Part shown: piece by piece, positions 1 to 9,308 of the stretch
Layout of the letters: the number at the start of each line of letters is the position of its first letter
How positions within the stretch are numbered: the first letter of the stretch is position 1
Source of the DNA: Desulfosudaceae bacterium
Lineage (GTDB): Bacteria > Desulfobacterota > Desulfobacteria > Desulfobacterales > Desulfosudaceae
Direction: 5' to 3'
Assembly (NCBI GenBank): GCA_963674745.2
Contig: CAXXDV010000003.1
Span: 2,080,001 to 2,144,000, forward strand
Length of the DNA stretch: 64,000 nucleotides
The notes under the pieces: generated by a model
Told to the model about the DNA's origin: nothing
Seen by the model: the letters and a program-made list of their open reading frames with translations, nothing else
Database searches by the model: none
Position numbers and translations under genes: made by a program

Positions 1-292
1 CTTTATTTCCAGCTAGCGTCTCTCATTCATCCAAAACATATGGTGTTTCAAATGTTTTGACATACAAGCCCGGTTTTGCTATAGATATCGACCATAAAAG
101 CGAATTCCTGATCCTTTCAGGAATATAATTGCGTCCCCAAGAAAACAAAAAAAGACTGGCATAAAAAAATGTGACATGATCAGCCGGGAATAAAAACCCT
201 GACTGATGTCCAGTGGCGTAAATATTATTATATGAATCTGCGCCGATTTTGTTCAGGACGAACGCCGCACCTGATGAATTAAGGAACAAGAC

Positions 293-3200
293 ATGACCGT
301 TAAGAAGAAGACATTTTTAATCGTTTTTCTGGCCGTAATGGGCGCCTGGCTGATATATATCGCAGTCTTTAAATTCATTGTTTTAAAAAACTTTGCTGCG
401 CTTGAGCGGAATGAGGCAGAACGAACCATACAACTGTGCCTGACACTTATCGACCTGGAAAAAGAGCACATTGAAAGGTACCTTCACGATCGTTCAGTCT
501 GCAATGATTCATATAATTTCGTTGTCGACCGCAACCAGCAATACATCGACTCCAATCTGGCACCTGCTATCTTTTCGTGTCAGAAGCTCAACCTTATTCA
601 CTACTATAACAATGATGGCATTCTTGTGTGGGGAAAAGCTTATGATCTTAAGGGGAAAAAAGAAATCCCGTTTGACCTGAAAAAAGAGCTGAAGCCGTCA
701 CTTTTCTCCAGGCTTTTCATTAAAAACCACTCGGAGGCTTTTACCGGAGGAGTCGGACATACCAGCCTTGGGCCGATGCTTATAATGGCGCACCCGATCC
801 TGCCCACGTCGGGGGCCGGGCCCGTTCGCGGCACTCTGGTCATGGGCCGGTTGTTAACGACAGACTATATCTCCTCACTCACCCGGATGACCGGCGTGAA
901 GCTTGAGTCATGGTCGATAAAAGATGAACATACTCCGGCGGCCATAAGTGCGTTAGTCGCGTCATGGGAAAGCGCTGCCCCTTCTAAAATTGAATATGCT
1001 TCATCCGAACTTCTCCGGGTATACTCAATCATCAGGGATTTAGAAGATCAACCGGTAATTATCCTTCAAGCCTCATTGCCGCGAAGTATCATGACCAGAG
1101 GAGTAAGGGTATACCGAATCAGCATCATATTCATGCTGGCAGCAGGTCTGTTCGCCATAATTATTATCCCGTGGATAGCGGGATTTTTGATAGTGAACTC
1201 CATTACCCGGCTGACGAAGAACGCCATGGCCATCGAAATATCTTCCAATAATCAGACCGTTTTCGAGACCAACCGTAAAGATGAGATCGGGGACCTGTCA
1301 AGGGCCCTGGCCAGGATGGTAGGCCACCTCTCCAAGAGTGAAGAACTCTATCGAATCCTGGCTGAAAATGCCCGTGATGTCATCTGGGCCTTCGATCTTA
1401 ACCTGAATTACACCTATATAAGCCCGTCAGTCATGCAGTTGCGGGGATACACCCCGGAAGAGGCGATGGCGCATCGTTTCGAACAGATACTAACACCAGC
1501 ATCACTTGAATATGCCATGGAAATAATCGCCAAAGAACTGGAACTTGAATTGAACGGACACCTGCACGGCCCTAACTGGTCAACGACTGCTGAACTGGAG
1601 ATGATGTGTAAAGACGGCTCAACCGTCTGGACCGAAATTGCCTCCAGCTTTTATTATGACAAGGAAGGTAAGCCGAAAGGTATTATGGGTATAACAAGAG
1701 ACATTTCCGAGCGCAAGCAGGTTGAACTGGAGCTTCGCCGGGCTGAGCAGCTGGCGGAACAGGCCAGCCAGGCCAAGTCCCAGTTTCTGGCCAATATGAG
1801 TCATGAGATTCGAACACCCTTAAATGGTGTCATCAGCATGACCGATCTGCTGCTTGACACGCCCTTAAACGTTGAACAGCAGAAATTCGCCAAAATCGTG
1901 AAATCAAGCGGCAAAGCACTTCTGGCCCTGATCAGTGACATTCTCGACTTTTCCAAGATCGAAGCCAACAAGCTCGATCTGGAAACAATCGAATTCGACC
2001 TGCGCAACGTGCTGGAAGATATCCAAGAAATACTTTCAACCAAGGTCAATGCAAAAGGGCTCGAGCTGGACTGGACAATCGATCCTGAAGTGCCTTCCTG
2101 GCTTGAAGGAGATCCGGGACGCCTGCGCCAGATCATCCTCAACCTGGCCGATAACGCCGTGAAATTCACCGCCAGCGGAGGGATCTTCTTGCGAGCGGCC
2201 CTGGAATCCGAAGAGGATAGCCAGGTCACCATCCGCTTCTTAATTACCGATACCGGCATAGGCATCCAGAAAGACCGCATCACCGAATTGTTCCAGCCCT
2301 TTGTACAGGAAGACAGTTCAACCACGCGCAGGTTCGGAGGCACCGGCCTTGGTCTGTCAATCTCAAAACAGCTTTCCGAACTGATGGGCGGACAGATCGG
2401 CGCGGAGAGCGAAAAGAACAAAGGCTCCACCTTCTGGTTTACGGCCTGTTTTAAAAAACAGGCCGAAGACAATATCCTTTTCGAAGAAGCCCTCCAGGAT
2501 CTGGAAGGGATAAGGGTACTGATAGTTGATGATGATGACACGAGCCTGATACAGGTGACGAAACTTGTGCAATCATGGGGATGCCGTTTTGATACCGCGA
2601 GTGACGGAGAAGCCGCCCTGTCCCTGCTCAAAGGGGCCGGCCACGACCAGGATCCTTACGCCATAGCCCTTATTGACTTTGTTATGCCCGGCATGGATGG
2701 TATGGGTCTGGGGAAGAGAATCAAGGGAGATCCGGGCCTGATGAAGACCTCCCTGATCCTGATGACCTCAGTGGGACAAAGGGGTGATGCCGCCGAGTTA
2801 AAGCGCATCGGATTTTCCGGATATCTGATCAAACCTTTCCGTAAAACGCAATTACGTAAATGTCTGGAGATGGTTCTCGGCCGAACGACGGACAAAACAC
2901 ACCGCTACGCAGGAGAACTGGTCACCAGACATGTCATTAAAGAGTCACTGAAAAAGAAAATCCGCATCCTGGTAGTTGAGGACAACTCCACCAACCGGGT
3001 AGTGGCACTTACCATTCTCAACAAGCTTGGCTTCAAAGCCGATTCAGTTGACGACGGCCAGGAGGCCATTGAAAGGATACAGCAGCACCCTTATGACCTC
3101 ATCCTGATGGACTGCCAGATGCCCGAGATGGACGGTTATGAGGCGACCCGTCATATACGGAATCAGCAAACAGGTATTACCAGGCCCACTGTCCCCATCA

Positions 3201-3745
3201 TTGCCATGACGGCCCATGCCATGGACGGTGACCGCGACAAATGCCTTAAAGCAGGCATGGATGACTTTCTGGTCAAACCCATTCAGCCGAATGAATTAGC
3301 AAAAATGCTGAACCGGTGGCTAAGCATAAATCTGACAGAGCGGGAAACGGATGCGAGGCCTGCAGCTGGTTTGACAGAAGAAAAGGATTTCGGCTATGAT
3401 GAGAAAAATATTTTTGACGCTGATGATCTGCTCGGAAGACTCATGACGGACAAAGATTCGTGCCGTCCCATTGTCGCAGGTTTTCTGGCCGATATATCTA
3501 CCTATGTCCTGGCCCTCAAAAATTTTTTGCGCAGCGGCGACGCGCATTCCGTGCAGTATCAGGCCCATACCATCAAAGGGGCGGCAGCTAATGTCAGTTG
3601 CTACCGCCTCAAAAAAACAGCCCATGAAATGGAGGAAGCCGGTGAAGCCGGTAATCTTGAAAAAGCGGCCTCACTCCTGCCCGGGCTGGAAGAAGAGATT
3701 GCGCTTATAAGAAAGGTTATGAAACAGACCGGGTGGATAGAATAA
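293..3745 (+). CDS. Hybrid sensor histidine kinase (TM-CHASE4-like periplasmic domain-TM-HAMP-PAS-HisKA-HATPase-REC-REC-Hpt)
   Basis: Two TM segments; HAMP (RKDEIGDLSRAL); PAS (YISPS...GITRDISERK); H-box FLANMSHEIRTPLNG; G-boxes DTGIGI and GGTGLGL; receivers IALIDFVMP and LILMDCQMP; Hpt AHTIKGAAAN. Confidence 0.93.
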   Translation: MTVKKKTFLIVFLAVMGAWLIYIAVFKFIVLKNFAALERNEAERTIQLCLTLIDLEKEHIERYLHDRSVCNDSYNFVVDRNQQYIDSNLAPAIFSCQKLNLIHYYNNDGILVWGKAYDLKGKKEIPFDLKKELKPSLFSRLFIKNHSEAFTGGVGHTSLGPMLIMAHPILPTSGAGPVRGTLVMGRLLTTDYISSLTRMTGVKLESWSIKDEHTPAAISALVASWESAAPSKIEYASSELLRVYSIIRDLEDQPVIILQASLPRSIMTRGVRVYRISIIFMLAAGLFAIIIIPWIAGFLIVNSITRLTKNAMAIEISSNNQTVFETNRKDEIGDLSRALARMVGHLSKSEELYRILAENARDVIWAFDLNLNYTYISPSVMQLRGYTPEEAMAHRFEQILTPASLEYAMEIIAKELELELNGHLHGPNWSTTAELEMMCKDGSTVWTEIASSFYYDKEGKPKGIMGITRDISERKQVELELRRAEQLAEQASQAKSQFLANMSHEIRTPLNGVISMTDLLLDTPLNVEQQKFAKIVKSSGKALLALISDILDFSKIEANKLDLETIEFDLRNVLEDIQEILSTKVNAKGLELDWTIDPEVPSWLEGDPGRLRQIILNLADNAVKFTASGGIFLRAALESEEDSQVTIRFLITDTGIGIQKDRITELFQPFVQEDSSTTRRFGGTGLGLSISKQLSELMGGQIGAESEKNKGSTFWFTACFKKQAEDNILFEEALQDLEGIRVLIVDDDDTSLIQVTKLVQSWGCRFDTASDGEAALSLLKGAGHDQDPYAIALIDFVMPGMDGMGLGKRIKGDPGLMKTSLILMTSVGQRGDAAELKRIGFSGYLIKPFRKTQLRKCLEMVLGRTTDKTHRYAGELVTRHVIKESLKKKIRILVVEDNSTNRVVALTILNKLGFKADSVDDGQEAIERIQQHPYDLILMDCQMPEMDGYEATRHIRNQQTGITRPTVPIIAMTAHAMDGDRDKCLKAGMDDFLVKPIQPNELAKMLNRWLSINLTERETDARPAAGLTEEKDFGYDEKNIFDADDLLGRLMTDKDSCRPIVAGFLADISTYVLALKNFLRSGDAHSVQYQAHTIKGAAANVSCYRLKKTAHEMEEAGEAGNLEKAASLLPGLEEEIALIRKVMKQTGWIE

Positions 3746-3798
3746 AAAAGGTATAAGCTGAGAACAGAACGTATAGCCATCACTTGAGGAGGTTAAAC

Positions 3799-4191
3799 AT
3801 GAAAACCCTTATCGTGGAAGATGATTTTACAAGTCGGTTGATACTGCAGCAGATTTTCAGCCCTTATGGTGAGTGCCATATGGCCATGAACGGGAAAGAA
3901 GCAATCGATGCGTTCATCATAGCGACCAAGGAAGGCGCACCTTACAACCTTATCTGCCTGGACCTTATGATGCCTGAAATGAATGGCCGGGATGCACTGA
4001 AGCGAATCCGTAAACTGGAAAATGAATTTGGAATAAAAGAAAGTGACGAAGTAAAGATACTTATGTTGTCGATGATGAAAGATTCCCAGCGGGTTGACGA
4101 CATCTGTAGAGAAGGTGCCACGGCCTATATGGTCAAACCCATAGTTAAAGAATTGTTGCTAAAACATCTAACCGACTTTGGACTGCCATAA
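3799..4191 (+). CDS. Single-domain response regulator (CheY-like receiver)
   Basis: LIVEDD...ICLDLMMP...YMVKP motifs; GAGGAGG RBS before the ATG at 3799. Confidence 0.9.
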   Translation: MKTLIVEDDFTSRLILQQIFSPYGECHMAMNGKEAIDAFIIATKEGAPYNLICLDLMMPEMNGRDALKRIRKLENEFGIKESDEVKILMLSMMKDSQRVDDICREGATAYMVKPIVKELLLKHLTDFGLP

Positions 4192-4306
4192 ACGCAAGTC
4201 GTTCCGGGCTCTCGAATGGCGGTCTTTATCTGGTAGCTTATGATATTGTGGGGATGATTTTCAGGAATTGTGCTCATGACTGAAGCTCAACGGGAGAGGC
4301 GGCATC

Positions 4307-4585
4307 ATGTCAAAAAAGCTGGAAACCATGACGGTCGAAGAATTAATGGCTGAGGCGGATAAACTGATCCGGCAACTCGATTCTGAAATAATCAATGACC
4401 TGGAAGAGACACATCGTTCCAAGCTGGAAGAACACGCTCAGAACTTAAAGAATATTAAAGCCGGGACTCAGGATAAAACCGGTAAACAAAAAACGTCCGA
4501 GACAGGTTCCGTAGCGGAAGGCATGCACGAGGCGATCCTGGACATTGTAAAAGCCTTTCAGGAATTTGATATCGATGTTTCCTGA
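4307..4585 (+). CDS. Small helical hypothetical protein
   Basis: 92-aa ORF with GGAGAGG RBS and charged helical composition. Confidence 0.65.
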   Translation: MSKKLETMTVEELMAEADKLIRQLDSEIINDLEETHRSKLEEHAQNLKNIKAGTQDKTGKQKTSETGSVAEGMHEAILDIVKAFQEFDIDVS

Positions 4586-4607
4586 ACAAAAAATCCGGAC
4601 ACGTTTT

Positions 4608-6206
4608 TTAACCGTCCAATTTTTTCTGGGCGCCCTGTAATCCGGCAATCCGCCCCAGTGTCCAGACAATCCGTTCAAAAACACCGGTCAATTCCAGGAG
4701 CATAGCCCGATCCGACGCGGACAGGTCATCCTGACGGCTGATATAGGCCGCCCTGATGGACTGGATGACATCTCCCTTGTTGCCTGTAAGATGAATAAAA
4801 TTTTCCGCATCCGTCAAATCGCCTGAAGTTTCCGTCTCACAAAGGGTATTCAGCAGAAAATCAAGACTCTGAACAAAAGAATCCTCAAAAGTCTTTCTGA
4901 GGCTGCCGGACCATTGCCGGCAGAGTTGGTTGAACTGATAAAGCAGCGCCTCAAGCCCCTCCATCAGCTTCTGTTTGTTCTGCAGTATCATTAACAGGTC
5001 CACCCCTGAATGAGATAAAGGCTGCCGGACCAGTTCTTCGATCTGAGCATTTATTTCTCCGGAAACAGTTTTAAAAGAGCCGTTGAGAGCGTCCAGGGTT
5101 CCCGCCTGATCAGGAGCCGGTTCCAGAAGCATGGCCGGGTATCGGGGCATTCGGCACATCAGGCGGGCCTGTTCTTTGACCAGAAGGCCGAGGTGAAGCT
5201 CAGGTGCGCCGCCGAAGTCATCCCTTAAAAACGCCGTGCGTGACCATTCTTCTTCCTGAGTGGCCGGCCAGAATCGCGCCAGAGCTCCGACAAAAGGCAT
5301 CAGCGCCAATGACATGACGACGGCGCCGCCCCAGTTAAAAACCAGAAAAACCATGGCCGCTTTCTGCTCCAGCGGCAGGTGGAGATGAAGGATCAAAGCA
5401 TGAACCAGGGGCAGGCCGGCAAACAATTCCAGATAAAATAAAAGCACAAAAACTGCCCCGGTAATCAGGTTAAAAAAAACCTGGGACATGATCAACTGCT
5501 TGGGCGTTCCCCTGATCGTCATGCCGAGCAGCCAGGTTACCGCACCTGATCCGACATTAGTGCCGTAAATAATCATCATGGTCTGTTCAAGGCTGAACAC
5601 GCCCACCTGGGCCAGGGCGATGGCCAGAATCGACACGGCCGTGGAGGACTGACACAACCCGGTCAACAAAGCACCGATCAGAAAAGAATAAAGATAGGAC
5701 GACTGGTGCGACATAAGCATGGTCTTGAACCAGGGCATGGCGGCCAGAGGCTCGGCACCGGCCCGGAGCATAATCAACCCGTAAAACAGCATGGAGCCCC
5801 CGAAAAGCGCCTGTGAAACCAGGGCCATCCGCCGGGGACGTTTAAATGCAAAAGAAAGGCCGGAAACACCGAGAATAAAAAGCACCGCCAGTTTGATGTT
5901 CAGCACAGCCAGTACAATCATGATACCGGCGCCGGCGTTGGCCCAGAAAATAAGCAGTATGCCGCGTTGTACAGGCAGCAGTCCGGCGCTCACAAGGCTG
6001 CCGGTGATAAAAGACAGAGCGGGCATGGACTGGGATAAAAATCCGGCCATAAAACCCGCCAGGCCCGTGCGCAGGGCTGTTCCCAGCCACCGTGCGAATT
6101 GCATACGGAAACGGCGGCCGGCCATTTGTTTCAGGCCCGAACTGAGCAGGAACAATCCGACGAAAAAGACCCCGATGCCACCGATGAGACTGCCTATGGC
6201 CTCCAC
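4608..6206 (-). CDS. Na/Pi-cotransporter family protein with PhoU-like C-terminal helical domain
   Basis: Repeated QS(S/M)...ANxG/GTNVG motifs in a multi-TM N-terminal region; soluble helical C-terminus. Confidence 0.85.
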   Translation of the reverse strand: MEAIGSLIGGIGVFFVGLFLLSSGLKQMAGRRFRMQFARWLGTALRTGLAGFMAGFLSQSMPALSFITGSLVSAGLLPVQRGILLIFWANAGAGIMIVLAVLNIKLAVLFILGVSGLSFAFKRPRRMALVSQALFGGSMLFYGLIMLRAGAEPLAAMPWFKTMLMSHQSSYLYSFLIGALLTGLCQSSTAVSILAIALAQVGVFSLEQTMMIIYGTNVGSGAVTWLLGMTIRGTPKQLIMSQVFFNLITGAVFVLLFYLELFAGLPLVHALILHLHLPLEQKAAMVFLVFNWGGAVVMSLALMPFVGALARFWPATQEEEWSRTAFLRDDFGGAPELHLGLLVKEQARLMCRMPRYPAMLLEPAPDQAGTLDALNGSFKTVSGEINAQIEELVRQPLSHSGVDLLMILQNKQKLMEGLEALLYQFNQLCRQWSGSLRKTFEDSFVQSLDFLLNTLCETETSGDLTDAENFIHLTGNKGDVIQSIRAAYISRQDDLSASDRAMLLELTGVFERIVWTLGRIAGLQGAQKKLDG

Positions 6207-6332
6207 TTTTCCCTCACCTTCTGATCAGCATACACATTACGAAATCCTTTTTAAATATGCCGAATAATTTTTTGGATTCAATAATCAAGGCGGATCCGGA
6301 CAATCGCCCCGACCGTTTCGTTATCCCCTTTC

Positions 6333-7145
6333 TCAGTAATACTGACGCTCCAGGACCACGGCCACGGATTCGTCAAAAAGTTCCCGCTTCTGTACCCGGT
6401 CGAAAGTGGCCATCAGGTCGGGTACCCGGACCCGGCGTTTTCGCTCGTGCTGATAATCTTCCACAATCGTGCCCCGGTTCATCATGATAATACGATCGGG
6501 CAGGTCAACGGCCTGCTGCATGGAGTGGGTCACCATGAGGGCGGTGAGTTTTTCCAGGTCAATGATGGCTTTTGTCAGCTCGGCCACCTTGGCGGCGCTT
6601 TTGGGATCAAGTGCGGCCGTATGTTCGTCCAGGAGCAACAGTTTGGGGCGTGTCCACACGGCCATGAGCAGGGTCAGTGCCTGACGCTGGCCGCCTGAAA
6701 GGGTGCCGATGGGATTGTCCAACCGGTCTTCCAGCCCCATTTTCAAAGTACTTACCCGGTCCGCCACTTCTTCCCGAAACGAACGGGTTACCGCCCGGCG
6801 AAGTGATCGGCGCTGCCCGCGTTTCATGGCAATGGCAATGTTTTCCGCTATGGTCATGTCCGGGGCGGTTCCCGCAAACGGGTCCTGAAAGACCCGTCCG
6901 ACAAGGGCGGCCCGTTTATATTCAGGCCAGGCGGTGATGTTTTGACCATCCAGGTGAATATTGCCGCTGTCCACGAAGAATGTTCCGGCCACGGCATTGA
7001 GCAGGGTGCTCTTACCGGAGCCGTTGGTGCCGATAATCCCGGTAAAGCTGCCGTCCTGTATGGTCACATGAACGCCGCGCAAAGCCCGGACTTCGTTGAC
7101 CGTATGAGCATGAAAGGTCTTAAAAACCGACTCAATTTTCAACAT
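6333..7145 (-). CDS. ABC transporter ATP-binding protein
   Basis: Walker A GTNGSGKST, signature LSGGQRQ, Walker B LLLLDEHTAALDP. Confidence 0.93.
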   Translation of the reverse strand: MLKIESVFKTFHAHTVNEVRALRGVHVTIQDGSFTGIIGTNGSGKSTLLNAVAGTFFVDSGNIHLDGQNITAWPEYKRAALVGRVFQDPFAGTAPDMTIAENIAIAMKRGQRRSLRRAVTRSFREEVADRVSTLKMGLEDRLDNPIGTLSGGQRQALTLLMAVWTRPKLLLLDEHTAALDPKSAAKVAELTKAIIDLEKLTALMVTHSMQQAVDLPDRIIMMNRGTIVEDYQHERKRRVRVPDLMATFDRVQKRELFDESVAVVLERQYY

Positions 7146-8079
7146 AACGGTGTTCTCCTTTCATCAATCTGCCCAGAGACCCGAACCACGACGGCGCAAC
7201 CAGGGCGGCGAAAACAAAGACCGCCGTGACCAGCTTGAGGTCATTGGGATTCAGTCCCCAGCGAAGGGCAATGGCAATCAGCAACCGGAACAGAATGGTG
7301 CCCAGAATAACGCCGGTGATGGTCAGCCCCAGACCGGCACGACCGACCAGCGCTTCGCCGATGATAATACTGGCCAGGCCCCATACCATCATGCCGATAC
7401 CCATCTGAACATCCGCGAACCCCTGGTATTGGGCCAGAAGCGAACCGGCCATGGCCACCAGGGCGTTGGCCATGGCCAGGCTGAAAACGATCATGGTCTG
7501 GTTGTTAACGCCCTGCGCACGCACCATCTGGGGGTTGCTGCCGGCTGCCCTGAGGGCGGTGCCGGTGTGTGTAAACAGAAAAACACACAGGATAGCGGCG
7601 ACCCCGACAGCCGTCAAACCGCTGGTCGCAAAAACCGCCATATCACCCGGCGGTACCTGCCAGCCCAGGATGTCGATCCGCGAAACGTTGGCGGTGATTT
7701 TTGTCAGCAGATTTTCCATACCGGTGGAAATGGTGGTCACATCCAGCAAAGGGATATTGCTTCTTCCCATGACCCGGAGGTTGATGGAGTACAGGGCCGT
7801 CATGACCAGAATCCCGGACAGGATCTCCTGAATCTTGAAACGGGTGTAAAGAATACCGGTAACCGCCCCGGCCAGGGCGCCGCCTAGGATAGAAACCAGA
7901 ATCGCCAGCCAGGGAGAATACCCCTGAACGATCAGAACGGCTGAAATGGACGCGCCCAGGGTGATGGAACCGTCGACCGTAATATCCGTAAACCGGATCA
8001 TCCGGAAACTGATGAACATGCCCAGGGACAGCAAGGAAAGAATCAGCCCCATGGTAAAGGCCCCGATGACCAGACTCAT
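7132..8079 (-). CDS. ABC transporter permease (BPD_transp_2-like)
   Basis: Multi-TM; DITVDGS, LYSINLRVMG, QYQGFADVQMGIG motifs. Start chosen at the ATGA overlap with the upstream gene. Confidence 0.9.
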   Translation of the reverse strand: MSLVIGAFTMGLILSLLSLGMFISFRMIRFTDITVDGSITLGASISAVLIVQGYSPWLAILVSILGGALAGAVTGILYTRFKIQEILSGILVMTALYSINLRVMGRSNIPLLDVTTISTGMENLLTKITANVSRIDILGWQVPPGDMAVFATSGLTAVGVAAILCVFLFTHTGTALRAAGSNPQMVRAQGVNNQTMIVFSLAMANALVAMAGSLLAQYQGFADVQMGIGMMVWGLASIIIGEALVGRAGLGLTITGVILGTILFRLLIAIALRWGLNPNDLKLVTAVFVFAALVAPSWFGSLGRLMKGEHRYVEN

Positions 8080-9293
8080 GACAGCACCTCCGGATTCTCT
8101 ATTGGTCCGCACCAGCAGGCCCCGCGGACCAGCGCGCTCTCACCCAATCCGACCACGGGCCGGTCATCATCGGTCAGATGCATGACCGCCAGTGGCGGCG
8201 GGCCGTTAAAAAATTTTTCCGTAACCGCGGCCAGTTCGATTTTTCCATTGGGCAGGGGCTGGTATGGGAAAACCGCGGCGTGAATATGGGCGGCCCGATC
8301 CGGGACAGCCGGTGTCGACAGCAGCAAAAGACCGCTGCCGGCCGAAACGATCCCCACCAGCATTGCCTGCTGGTGGGCAAATGACCGTTCGCCGCAGAAC
8401 GTCAGCCATTCGCGGATTTCAGGGAAAACGATTTTTCTGTCTTCCCCGAGGCGCCCCGGGGATTGGATCAGGGCCGTTCCGACCAGCCCTTCAACTTCAC
8501 CCCAGATAACAAAACCGGCCGCCCGGCCGCCTGTTTGTTTCAGAACAAGCCCCAGCAGATCGGAAACCGGATAAAAAGGGGTTGAGTCCGTTGGGGCAAA
8601 CCGGATCAAATGGCCCGGGTCCCCGGCCCAGTTCAATGCCTGGACACACTGCATCCGGGGCAGGAACTGTTTTTCAGCAATAAGATAATCCGGCGGCGCC
8701 TGTTCATCCGGGGGCTGGTAAACGACATTTCCGGCTACGGCCAGAAACTCGCCAAAATGGTCCCGGGCGTCCTCAAACGTTCCTGCCGCACTGCCGATAC
8801 CCAGACCATAGCTATTCCGGGCAAAGGTGCGGGCCGCCACCTGCTCCTGAACGACACCCTGCCAGGGTTGCCAGCAGGCCGGCTTATCAACGGTCAACAG
8901 TGCATTCTCATCAAATGCATAGTACTGAACGCCTGTATGCCCGGCCACCCCGCCTGCGCCGGCATGCCCGGTGTCCGGCATATCATCCGGGGTGCCCTTT
9001 TCCAGCCACATATCAAAGCCGGAAGTGCTCAGGGTCTGCTCCACAAAAGCGGTGGGATTGACGATGCGAAAATCGCCGGAGACCGTTTTGAGCTCTTTGA
9101 ACACCTGCAGAAGGGCACGTATGCCGGCTGAACTCAAAAAAGACGTTTTGGCGGCGTCAAGCACCAGGTGGTGCCGGCCCTTACGGATCTGAAGCATAAG
9201 CGTATCCGTGAAATAATCGGCCCAGGCGGCGTCCAGCCGTCCCTCGGCCCTGATCAGCAGGTATTTTCCCCGTTGTTCACAATCGATCTTCAT
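8076..9293 (-). CDS. STAS (anti-anti-sigma-like) domain fused to an uncharacterised ~300-aa domain
   Basis: N-terminal EGRLDAA...LVLD...FLSSAGIR STAS motif; C-terminal domain carries an HIH motif. Confidence 0.8.
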   Translation of the reverse strand: MKIDCEQRGKYLLIRAEGRLDAAWADYFTDTLMLQIRKGRHHLVLDAAKTSFLSSAGIRALLQVFKELKTVSGDFRIVNPTAFVEQTLSTSGFDMWLEKGTPDDMPDTGHAGAGGVAGHTGVQYYAFDENALLTVDKPACWQPWQGVVQEQVAARTFARNSYGLGIGSAAGTFEDARDHFGEFLAVAGNVVYQPPDEQAPPDYLIAEKQFLPRMQCVQALNWAGDPGHLIRFAPTDSTPFYPVSDLLGLVLKQTGGRAAGFVIWGEVEGLVGTALIQSPGRLGEDRKIVFPEIREWLTFCGERSFAHQQAMLVGIVSAGSGLLLLSTPAVPDRAAHIHAAVFPYQPLPNGKIELAAVTEKFFNGPPPLAVMHLTDDDRPVVGLGESALVRGACWCGPIENPEVLS

Positions 9294-9308
9294 GATTTAT
9301 CCTGTCTG

